Shown: piece after piece, positions 13,201 through 26,000 of the stretch
How positions within the stretch are numbered: the first letter of the stretch is position 1
How the letters are laid out: the number at the start of each line of letters is the position of its first letter
From: Lingula anatina
Taxonomy: Eukaryota; Animalia; Brachiopoda
Reading direction: 5' to 3'
NCBI GenBank assembly: GCA_051362555.1
Contig: CM120648.1
Span: forward strand, 1,713,721 to 1,777,720
Length of the DNA stretch: 64,000 nt
Notes under the pieces: generated by a model
The model's database searches: none
What the model was told of the DNA's origin: nothing
The model's input: only the letters and a program-made list of their open reading frames with translations
Position numbers and translations under genes: made by a program

Positions 13201-16200
13201 TTACATGAGCTTATACTAATTTTCAGAAAAAAAACAAGAGTTGACCAAGAACATATATTGTTAAAGTGTTGAGTGCAACTAGTATTATAGGAAAGATTGA
13301 ATGGTACCATTGTATGCTAGTTGCTGGATTTATTTATTTATTTACTTTTTTGCACTATTAAATTATCAGTTTTTTGTTTGTTTACCTCTAAGTGATGGTC
13401 CAAGAGCTACCCTGACATTATGAAATCTTTCTTCTCTAAATTTATAACAAACGGCTTTGTGAAAAACAGTCATAGTCATTAGCAATATATATATTTTGTA
13501 TCTGTGTGTGTGGGTTTGTATGTGTGCATTTGACTAGAAACAAACAGGTTTAAGGATATTGTTAGCCTTTGCCAAAAACTCCTTATTTACTGCCTTGCAT
13601 ACATTCTTTTGGATGACAGATAAATTATTAGTGTTCAGAGACTAAATTAATCAACAATTATACATGTGTCATCTTACGGGGACATCATAATTGCGATTTT
13701 GGAATTGAAAATGGAAAATTGAAAAATCATTTTCTCAAATTTCTCCTCTACCAGAGCATCCATGGACACCATTTTGATGCCAATTTAATGACACCATTAA
13801 GTACTCCAAAACCAAGCCAGTGATTTTTTCCAAAAGTTCAGATTTTATCAATGATAAAGCAAAATAATACTTTTGTTTAATAAAAATCTGTAATTAAGGG
13901 CTCATAACTCTATAACAAAAGTGCTTAAACCAAAATGATAGCACAGGGTTGTAGCCTATTCATTTGTGGTCAACTATGCCAATTTTCCTAATAAAATCTT
14001 GTTCAGGGATAAAGTTACGCCCCATTTTGATTGCCATCTCACCTAAAATAGAAAGGTGTTAAGTTAAAAATTAAAACTTTGAGTTGCCTATGCCTATACA
14101 TTGCAACAAAAAATATAAATGCCAATATTTTATATTTTGGAAGGGATTTGTGTTGTTTTATATCAGCAGAAAGATTGATGCAATATTGAATAATTAGATG
14201 CAGGAAAAAACTCATATTTGGTATCTGGATGAAAATAAAGGCTTACAATACCCTTAAGGAATTAAATACTATTAATCTGAGATTGCTGTAACACATTTAT
14301 AAAAATTTCCCTTTTAGTTTCATTTTTTTGTACTTTTCCAGGGAAAGGTGTTTTCTGTGAAAAGCCAATTTCACAAGATATTGCTGGAACTGAGGCATGC
14401 TACGTAGAATCGGAAAAAGCTGGGAAACCCTTGTTCTGCTCGTTCAACAGGTAGGAGCCTGCTTCTGGAGTCCTAGAACTAGCCTAGATAAGTCAGTACC
14501 AGTCCACTTGACTATAAATCATCTTTTATTGTTTCCATTATACATTCAACTGAACTGGGGGAAGGTCCCTCATTATGCACTGGCATCAGCCCCCCCCCCC
14601 CCCAAAAAAAAAAAAAAAGAAAAAAAAAAAATTCTCAAAAATCCCAAAAAAGTTCATGATTCTGTTTGCAGGAGGTACGACCCCAGTATTAGAGGCATCC
14701 TTAATGGCATCGAGGAGCAGAATGTCGGTGACATCCACATGGTCAAAATGTGCAGTCGAGACTCTCCTCTACCACCTATGAGCTACCTGAAGATATCTGG
14801 TAAATCATCATCCCTCGGACAATGTTTTAAGTCATGTGACTAATTGGTTGGTGCGTTCACACCCAAACTGCCTGGCATTGCTCCAATCGTACATGCACTC
14901 AGGGGTGGATTGAGACCATCTTCTGGGTCCTCCGGAAGATGGTCAGATTTTCAAGTTTACATTAATGGTATATAAGTTTTTTGTTGGAAGACAGTCAAAA
15001 ATTGAAGGTGGAACTAAAAAAATAATTTAGAACACTGTCAGAAAATCTCTCTAGATCCGTCCCTGTGCACACACAAACACATGCACAGAGATTTTATGGA
15101 AACTATATTAACAATTAGACAAACAAGCGAAAAAAGAGATTTATTATAACTCAAAAGAATTTCCATTTAAAATTTTTTTTGGCAATTTGTAGGAGGCATA
15201 TTCCATGACTGTGCAGTTCATGACATAGACGTTATCTGCTGGATTCTTCACCAGTATCCAGTCTCTGTCTATGCTCAAGGCCACGCCCACATCAAGGCCA
15301 TTGCTGAAATGGATGATGTTGATACGGTTGCTATAACGATGAAATTTCCCAGCGGCGCCTTGGCGATGATTGATCTCAGTCGCAATGCCAGTTATGGCTA
15401 TGACCAAAGATTAGAGGTAGGTTTTATTCATGATTTCCATTCACCATTGTTTCATATAGAAAGTTGATATGGCTGTATTGAAATATGGAGTACGTAGATT
15501 TTTAATTACTTAGTTAAACAAAACTTTTTTTTGTCTGTGCAACTACCATATTTCTTAGTATTTCTGTGGAATTCTGTATAATTAATATAAATTTATATGG
15601 ATTTGTCCATTCTGTGTGTTGTTATTTTGATAGGATAGTCTTTTGCAGTACAATATTTCTGTTGTTTGATTTAATGCTTTCCTTTTTTTGCTCACTTTGA
15701 AACCTGATCAACAAAGAATGGGGAGGGGCAGGGGAGAGAGGAGGGCAGACATTCTGCCCTTTCCCTGACAGTTTATTCTTAAATATCATAAATTAGTAAC
15801 ATATATTAGCCAAAAAATATGAAAATATTTCAACAACTTTTTAGAAATTTAATCTCTCCTCCCACCACCACACACACACACACACACACACACACAAGAA
15901 AAAAAACAAACAATGAGGGTCTGCTGAAAATGTTTAATTTATCAGTAATATGTAAATGATTACATGAACATCTTCATAATCAGCTGTAAGGCCTCTATTT
16001 GCTCCAGTATCTAAATACAACACCTGATCAAGATGTAATCCAGCAATCAACATTCTAGAAAAAAATATGTAATCATTTGACAAAGGTTGTATTGTAGCAG
16101 TGCATATAACAGAATCATTGATGATTTAAGGTAACAGGAATTTTTGAATTGCTTTGAAATAGCTGTATTTAAAGTTTTTTTTTCTGTAGGTAGTTAAAAC

Positions 16201-16999
16201 AGTTCTTTTTCTCTGACCCTCATATCAGCAGGATTTTAATGTGGGATTCCTCTTTTGACAGGATCTTGCTTTTTTTGTGCCTAGGGTGAAATAAAATTTA
16301 GTTAAAAGTAGACTTAAATGTGAACTTTTTCAACACATAATGTACTTACATTTGCATGCAGTATAACTGTATTGCCTGTAATGGCATATAATATAGCCAC
16401 TGTATCATATATTGTGAGCCGATAATTTGTGAAATACTAGCTACCAGGTAGACTTATGATTTGCCTCTTGACTGTCCAGCTTATGGGGTCTCAATTTCAA
16501 TTTGTTGAACAGGCCCCAGTAGAGACAGAGTTGCTTTTCTTCATGAAACACTTACGCAATAGCGTAATTACGCAAAAAGGGAAATATAACTGCACATTTG
16601 GCCATTTACTAGTAAATTCAAGTTTTTTTTTGTGAAACATTAACGTGAAAAGACATAAAATGCAACTATCACAAGCACTATAAATATATCTACTTTGCCA
16701 AGTTGATTGAACTGGATAAAAAAATGATCATAAATTGATATTCTGCTTACCTAAACACAAGTGTCACCAATTTGGATGAAACCGTCGTTACAAGTACACT
16801 CGCAGACTGTGTAATAATAAATATAGCCCCAATAGTAGCAATATTTATATTGCCGCAAGCAAGTCGCATCAGGTTGGATATCACATTGAGCTGAAAAAAA
16901 AAATGCTCATTATAAAAACAGGAAAGTTTTGTTCTAGCCCAGTTTCTCAAATGTAAAACCAGTCTTTTAGTTGAACCAATTTTGATCTGTTTCAATTCA

Positions 17000-17046
<47 letters not shown>

Positions 17047-20000
17047 ATTCCATTAAACTGTTTCAGTAATTGTTGTTCATGGAATTTTATCCTTTTTTTT
17101 TCTTACTTGCAAAATAGGTTCAATACTGCCTTTTAATTGGACTATTACTGATTTGTGGAAGAAAAGGGAAGACAAGAATATTTGATTTTCTTTTACAATT
17201 GTTGGTACCAGTGTGTAGACTGAAATGTTGCATTTGATCAGTTGTTTTATAAACATCGGCCATAGGCAAAGGAATTTAAATTACTTAAAAGTGATCATAT
17301 CTGCAGGAAGAGAGGGGAAAGCCCCCCCCCCCTTCCAAAAATGTAATTCTTAGGCACCTGTTGTATGTATGGCACAGTTAAGTCTTAAAATCCTAATTAG
17401 CCAATTATATCACTGCCTCTATTGTAATTAAATTGGAAATAAGCCAGAAATTCCTTAAATAAACTTACTCAGTTGGCAGTTAGTCCCGGCGTAGGCTGGA
17501 GGGCATTGACAACTGTAGCCAGTGGTTAGTACCGTGCAGTTGCCTCCATTTTGACATGGGCCAGAGGCGCATGGATTTATAGCTGTTTGAAAACAAAAAA
17601 AACAAAAAAAAAAAAAAAAAAAGATTTAGCAGACATTTTATAGAATCTTGCTGAAAATAAGTTCCAGTACCTGAAATTTTTTTTTCTTTTCGAGGAAAAC
17701 TATTTATTGCTGTTATAATATTTATATGAATGTCTAACATGTATTGTAAGCCACATTTAATTTACCTGTGCAGTACCCAGCAGTTCCAGTAAACCCCAGA
17801 TTGCAGGTACATGAACAGTCGTAGTAGTAATAGTAGTAGCCGTAATAGTATCTGCATCTGTATACCAATCGGCATGATGCATTAGGGTCGTTATTGGGTA
17901 CCGTGCACGTGGTCTGGGCATTTTTTGGGAAGAAACCTAAAAAGATTTTTAAAAATGACAAAAAATAAGCCAGTAAATAATGATATTGAGGATTGATCAG
18001 AGAAGAAACAGTTAGTCAGAACTGAAAATGCAAAATGAGAATGGCAATCCAGCAATGCAGCTGTACTGTAGGGGAAAAAACTTGGACCAGTGATTTTTGC
18101 TATTATGATCAATGACTTCAGAACCGAATGTGACTCTTTAAAATATGTAGTTGACACCACTATTCCTAAATATTGAAACGTCCGAAAAAAGCCAGCTTGC
18201 CTCCTACCTTCAGCAGCACATCTCACTCTTTGGTCTAGTGATAACAACTTAACAATAAATGCTGGCAAAACCAATTTGAAAGAACCGATGTTTGAGTTTT
18301 TAAGAGATGATCACAATAATTATAGCACCTTCATAACATACCACTGCCCCTTAAAAGCTTTTTGAGACATTTTGTAATCAAACAAACAAAGAAACAAACA
18401 AACAAATACAACAATGTGATGAAGGCATAAGGTCTTTCATTGGCATATCTAAGAATAATAATGAAATTTAGCAAATTGCCTTTTACAACTTTGTGTTATA
18501 AGTGACATGTACTTACCTAAGACCATCAGGCTGCACAGGAACAGTGCTTTCAACATTTTCTTCAGCTTTAATTTAGACTTGAAGATTTTCTAGGTTAAAC
18601 AAACCCACTGTGTTTGGACCTCGTTAAAAGCGGTATCTTTCTTCAAAACAGCGAAGAAATACAGTGATAACTTAAGTTCAGCTGATGAGAAGTTATACCA
18701 AATTTGTCCAATGAGCACACTTTGATTCATTTTAAAATTAAAACTGACACCTCTGACACATCCTTCTCCAAAACTTGAATATATGTATATCGATGTATTC
18801 AAATACCCGTATATTTGTCAGCTTATATTCCAAAACATCCTAAACCGTAGGCACAAACGAAAACTAGAAAAAAGTTGAAAAAGTTAAAGACAACAAGAAA
18901 ATACATCTATTCCAAAGAGAGAAAAAAATATGTTGTAAGTTGGCAAGAAAGATTCAGAAGATTGCAGAAATTGACTGATTTTATCAATTATGCTTGTTTT
19001 GATAAAATTGGTCTCTTTGAGGTCACAGTCCATCACTTTATTCAGCCATACTGTTAAAGGGCCCGAGTTTTCAGTAACCCCTAAGAATCTGGGCATCCCT
19101 GTAGAATTTAGGGGATTGCAGCAGAGTGTTACGCACACTCAATCACTTGTAACACTTCAGGCCTGTAACCAGGGAGGTTCGGGGGGTTTGAAAGAACCAC
19201 CCTTTTTGCTGGGAAAAGGTCCACTCTGGGTAAAATCTGATCTATGTACTTGAGGATTGTATGGTAAAAGGTCCACTTTTTCAGAAAACGAACCCCCCCC
19301 CCCCCCCCTCTGAAATTGCTGGCTACGGGCCTGCACTTATAAGTGAATGTGTATCCAAGATTATATTTTACCATATTGAATGTGTACATTGTGAAAGGGT
19401 TTTTTCATAGTCTCTAGATAGGATTCTGTATTAAGCTTCTAAGATACTGAAATAGAATTATTCTTTGCTTATAGAGCCTTAATAATAGGAGTCAAACACA
19501 ACGTTTCAATCAGTTTCCCTTATAATTAGCTGCATGATAGTCAGACTATAACTCTCAGCAAAAATTTAAATAATGCCCTCTTCATTTTCATATTACAGAG
19601 ATTTTGGTATCATTTAATAATTATGGATAACACATGTTCCTTCGTTGCTTGAAAAGGGGTGGGTGGGGGGCGGCCTGCTCTGTGTGTGTGTGTGTGTGTG
19701 TGAGTGTGTGTGTGTGTGTTTAATGACAGTATGCATTCATACCAATTGTAATGGTGAATTCATTGTGTACTTATTGGGGCCGGAGGGGGGTGGGGGGGGG
19801 GGGGGGTAGAAGGAGATTAAATAATTCATGCCCCTGAAAGCCATTTTAAAGAGGTACTTTATGCCAATATTTGGCACAATTGACCAGGAATATTTTAAAT
19901 GTTAGTGAAAAGGTTTGGGTGAATTTTTGAACCCTCTTTTAAAGACACTGAAAGCTCACCTCTATATATTTTCAGCCTGACTCTGTGTTTTCATGTAGTA

Positions 20001-23000
20001 TATTCTTTTCAGAGAATGAAAACTGCAGGGGCACGCTGATAATGTATAGCTCTGAAAGCCTGGGTGCAGTGTTCGAAATTAACGCTGGACCGTCTGCCCG
20101 GTGTTGACAACTTTCAGAACGGGCCAAGAAGTTTTCCCACCTGGCAGACATTCAGTCCAGCTACTTTTCAAGATGGCTGGATCTTCTGTCCAGCAACTAA
20201 TTTTCCTAAGAGGCAAACACTGCCTGGGTGCATTCATGTTAATCTCACTAAATGTTTTGTTGTTGTCAGGACAAAAGGTATGCTGATTCTCTTGTGTTGT
20301 TGTAGGTATTTGGGACGAAAGGTATGCTGGTCTCGGAGAATCAGAGGTGCACCGGTGTCCAGCATTCCTGCACCACAGGCACCAGTTTGGCTCCTATGCA
20401 CTTCTCTTTCCCACAGAGATATGCTGACAGTTACGTGCTGGCTATGGAACATTTTCTTAATGTTATGGAAGGTAAGATTGTGTGTTTCCATGAGAAAGAA
20501 CAAAGAAAGTATATACATAATGGAAAAAAAAATAAATGAAAATAATGATAAACAAATTAAATGAATTAATAAAATAAGATTGTATGGTCCCATGAGAAAG
20601 AACAAAAAAGTATATAACCAGTATAATGAAAAGAAATGGAGAATGATCAATAAACAAATTATATCAATTATTGAAATAAGATTGTATGTTCCCATAAAAT
20701 AAAACAAATATGAAAAAAAATATATACATAAAAATCATAATGATAATAAAATATATAAATTAATAAAATAAAAAGTCAAAATATGCTTTATGTCAATGTT
20801 ACTCATGTGCAAAGAACACGACAGCACAGCTTCTCAAAATAATTTGAATCAAAATTTAGTTTCAGTATTGTCAAAAGACCAAAATATATGATATCCATTC
20901 CAATCTGTAGTAGTGAACCAAAACATTGGCCATTCGTATTTTTTTCTTTGAACCATTGCCGTTATGGACCATGTTATATATTTGCTAGGTGAAGCCAGCC
21001 AAAATATTTTGCCCCATTTAAAATACCATGCTTTACAGGTGAATAAAAAAGGTTTAACCTCCCGTTTTAAGTGTTTATGTTTGTTGGAATGTTTCAGTAG
21101 GAAACCAGGAGTCGATGTATAGGTAATGTAGGTCACCTATTTTTTAAGGGATATTATATCAAGTTGCCACCCTGGCGCAGCATACGGACTTATGGTGACT
21201 TTGTATAACATAGCCCGTTGTAGACCTATCTCTCTGCTTTACAATTCACGTGCAACTAAAGGAACACTGCATTTTGAAATTCAGATGTATTTGCATTTTC
21301 TCTCAGAGCATGATTTTATTTATTTATTTATTTAATTATTTATTTTATATTTTTGGACCAAACAAGTAACTAAATTTGTGAGGCTAATTAAGAAATGGAT
21401 GGTTGATATTTAACCCAAGTCCAAAGATACCCTCATGCTATTTGTATCATTTATTGAGATATTATCATGTTCATTGGCACAGGAATACAAATATTACTAG
21501 AGAATACTTTGTATGTAAAAGCCATGCGCCAGAGTTGGTCATTTTTCATGCAACAACTATCTGGAAATCTTAATCTTTTTCAACTTGTCCATGTCCTGCT
21601 GAGATTGTACGATTTTTGATTTTGTTCTCAGATGATTTCAAGTACCGTGACCTCTTTGTCTGTATTGGTTACACTTAGGTGAGCATTTATAATGCAAGCT
21701 ATTTCTACAGGTTTTATTAGTTTGTTTCTATTTCTTCGCATTTTTCATTCTATATCTGAAATTGTCTTGTGTTTCAATTAATAATTAGTTTTTTATGTAA
21801 AAATTTAAAAAATGAAAATGATCACTCTGTATTAATTGACACACAAATTATGTCCACTGTTTTTTATGCCGATCTTTAAAATGCTGAATATTGTGTTACG
21901 AGGCAAATGGTGATCATTAATAATGACGTCAAAGAAATAATCCTAGAAACGAAGGCAGTGTTTGGAAAGAACCAGTAAAGGGGCTGTCACAGTGAAAGTC
22001 GAAGATAACTAGAGTAGGAACAAGTCTGAACAGAATGTTAAAGTACCACAAAAACATCTATTGTAATTCAATATCAATAATCCTATATAACTACAACGAT
22101 GTACAAGGAACTGATATGTACAATGCTAGCTTACACTGGTTACATTTCCCATAATGCATCACAGTGGCTGGTCACTATAATTATGCAGATATATTGACTT
22201 CTAAAGGCATGTTGACTATTGATTATTTGCAACTCTTGCTAACAGAATGAAGGACACCAACTGGTGGAAAGGACTGCTGCAATTATGGTGGCAAGGGGAA
22301 CAATTTCAGGACCCATTTCTTTATGCTAAAGCTGGGCAGAATTTAGCTAGACAATTTATGAATCAATTTGTGCATCAACATTGAACTCGTAAAGAAAGGC
22401 CGCATTCAGAATTGTGGACTAGCTAGCTCGAGGGTCAAATATGGTCGACCCACTTGAATACTTTCCCACAGTGTCTATTAACGGATTAGATGGCAAGGTT
22501 TCTAGTGGGTCGCCATATTTGACCCGCAGATTTGTTAGTCCGCTGTTCTGAATGCTGCCAAACTTGGTGCTAGCTCTGGGCATCTCATCTTGCATGAAGT
22601 CCATGGTACAGCAGTACTTTATGATATCACAAAAGTCAAAGTAGTGCAGCCTGTTAAAAAATTGAAAAGACCCCTGGGAGGTCCCAGATGAGTAGTCGCC
22701 TCTTAAACAACTATCCCGTCCCTTACACAGTGGCACAGGAGCAGAGAGACAGATAATGTTAGGGTCACAGCTAGGCATAAGAGTAAGTCCATGCAACCCA
22801 ATGTTACAGGAATTAAAATATTACACAACAAAGGGATATCATAGGCGCTACTCAACATCCAGGTATGAAATAAATTTCAAGAGAAATACAGAGGGTAAGT
22901 CTGTGGAGGAAAGAGCTCCTCCTGATCCTCTCAGATCTCACAGGGGTCTTTTCTGTAATATTACAACTGACTAGCAGTGACCCCTATGGTCAGGAAGCGT

Positions 23001-26000
23001 GACAACACTGACATGCATCAAAACCCAATTCTTTAGTAAGGAAAACATTTTTTGTTCCTCTGTTATGTTCATACAATAAGTTCTGATCAAATACCAGTTG
23101 TTTTTTTTTTCTTGCAAAGTCAGAAGGTTGAGGAATCTGGGAAAAATGGTTAAATAATTTACATTTGCATTAGCCAAGATGCTAGATTTGATAAAACCAA
23201 ACATCAGTAATGGTTTGCTTTGATGTAAAACTAGCAGTTCTTCTGAAAATGGTGAAAAGAATAAAACCACATCAATCACGTTAAATTGAACAGACACAGT
23301 CAATATTTCCCATAAAAAAACCCAGCTGGTGCTTTTAAACCATTTAATCACTCATTTTAAATCAGATTAGTACAAGCGCACTCAAGAAAACAGCGGTCTA
23401 TAATTGGGATTCCTATACATTAGTACCGCAATACTAATGATTCATACAGACCTGCTCTGGCCAGCAATTTAACAGATTGGCCCGTCTTTTTATCCACCCG
23501 CCCCTTTTTTCAAGGAACACTTTATATGCACCCTTTGAAGAGATGAAAAAAAAAATGTTTGGAACTCTGAAATCCTATTTAATTTCATACTCTTGGTGAT
23601 TCCTTTTTAATCTGGGAAAAATGTAAGTGAAGCTAGAAGTAGAACACTCCCAATAAATAGGAAGGTCATGCACTGCACTCATACTAACATACTGGGTTCA
23701 GAATGCCCAAAACCTCCATCTTTTTTATCAGAAATGTTCAGTTGCCCTCCCCCTACTAATATCATGCATCAGCTGCCAGTGAACTAATGATAAGACTTTT
23801 AGAAGGCTTACAATTGGGAAACAAGTGGAACAGCATCTTATGCTTATTGCATGCAGTAATATGACACAAGTTTCATAGTCAAATTGTCACAAATATATAT
23901 CCAATCAAGCTTGGAAGGGGTGGATCCAAGTATTTTTTATTATAAGTCAAGCTGCTGGCTCCAGTTAGCAATCCTCCTACATAGATTTACAGTATACGGT
24001 GTTAAATAAGAAACGTCACACTTGTGAATAATAACACTATCTCTTTTCATCAAAACAATAATAATAATAATAACAATCAAGTCCATTAAGTACACATCTA
24101 CAAGAGGATTCTGTATAAAAATTGTTATTATCTGTCATCCTGCTTGGGGGGAATAGTTACAAGCAGTTTGGGATTCCAATTTCCATGTTTCATAAAAAAA
24201 AGCATCTCAATAGATGACAGAAGTTTTTTTCCTCAGACAAGTCACGATACAGATAATACAGTCAGTCTTTCATTTCTGAATTTTTTTAAAGTTCGGTTAC
24301 GAGTCCTCCGGTTTCCCCGATGTCTCTAAATCTTCAACTTGCTCCTGTCCTTGCCCCTGCTCGTCTGCTTGCATGTCCGACGTCCACAGTGTCAAGTTGT
24401 CCCGGAGTAACTGCAGTATGAGCGTGGAATCCTTGTAACTTTCATCGTTCAAGCTGTCCAGCTCTGCTATGGCGTCATCGAAAGCTAATTTGGCTATTTG
24501 ACATGCCTTGTCCGGGGCGCCCAGGATCTCGTAGTAGAACACGGAGAAGTTCAGGGCCAGGCCGAGGCGTATTGGATGCGTAGTCGCCAGGTCAACTTTG
24601 GCGGTTGTGGTGGCAGAATCATAGGCGATCAGACTTTTTTCCGCAGCTTCCTTTCTCTGTGCGCCCGTTGCAAACTCGGCAAGGTATCGATAATAATCAC
24701 CCTTCATTTTGTAATAGAAAACTTTCGATTCTCCGCTGCCCGCTGAAGGGATGAGGTGTTCGTCCAACACGCTTAAAATATCATTACAGATATCTTTTAG
24801 TTCATTTTCCACGGTCAGTCTGTAATCCTTTATCATTGGTAGTTTCTTGGGATCATCAGCTTGAGCTTGCTTTGTTTCTATACTGCTAATAATTCGCCAA
24901 GATGCCCTTCTTGCACCAATTACATTCTTGTAAGCTACAGACAGGAGGTTTCTCTCTTCTATCGTCAGATCAATATTCTGCTGGGCAACTATCTTCATCT
25001 CCTCCACCATTTCATCGTACCTCTCAGCCTGCTCAGCTAGCTTGGCGCGGTAAACACGATCCTCTCTGTCTACCATGTTCGCTAGGTTTATGGAGCCGGA
25101 CGATCAGAAATATTATTAATTGTTTACCGCTTCTGGAAATAAAGAACAAGATGGCCGCGCCCGCCAACAGGTTACCTCGATCAGTAATGGAATGTGTCAC
25201 GTGATGCTGAGCCGCCAATGAGAAATCTGTAAATATTGCACTCCGTTATAGGCATATACATATTTTGTCGCTTATTATGATTAATTAGATATTATGTTAA
25301 GTTTGTACGTGTTTCATTCATAGTTTCAGTAGGTTTGGCCTTGAATTTTAGGGTGCAATAATCCAATCAAACAAACTTGATGTTCAAAAACAGGTTACAC
25401 GTTAGTTACTAGGGAAAGTTGACACTTTTTTCCAAGTATCTCCCTCCCCCCACCGCATGACCCTTTGATTTTCAATATCTTTTCTCAATTAATATGTGTA
25501 GTGACTTTGAGCAACGTCTCAAGTATTCAAATAATTTAGTTTTGCCATTCATTTACTGAATTATCGATGTATTTTACATGAAATTTATGCGATCCAAATA
25601 CTGCGAAAGCCGGCTCATTGCTGGGGTGAAAATTTGCTGCTATCTCATTGGTCAAAGAGCTTGAAGATTAAAAAAAAAATTAGTCAGTGAATTCCCAATT
25701 TAATCTACATCCTTCTGAATAGTAAGGAAATTCATCAAAGTCAACACATAACTTAATTTGGATTAGCATTAAAAATTAGAGAGTTATTTAAAGGGAAGTG
25801 ATCAAATTAATTAGAGCCAATTAATTTGGTGAGGCATAAAAAAAAGAAAGAAGAAGAAAAAAAGTTAATCTAGCTAGATCTTTACCTATAATGTATAAAT
25901 AGGATAGCATTTCGACCCAATTGTTTTGTGAGAAGAGTCCACATTGATTAGTTGAGAAGTAACATCTAACTTAATTTTTTTTGCCTTGAAATGGTGAGCT

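Noticed and set aside
13676-14258. Possible TTAA-type non-autonomous element
   Set aside because: The interior looks repeat-like but the ends do not form a convincing TIR or TSD.
22419-23351. ORFs of 125 and 126 aa on the minus strand
   Set aside because: One runs through a MITE and neither shows any domain; probably non-coding sequence downstream of 14-3-3.
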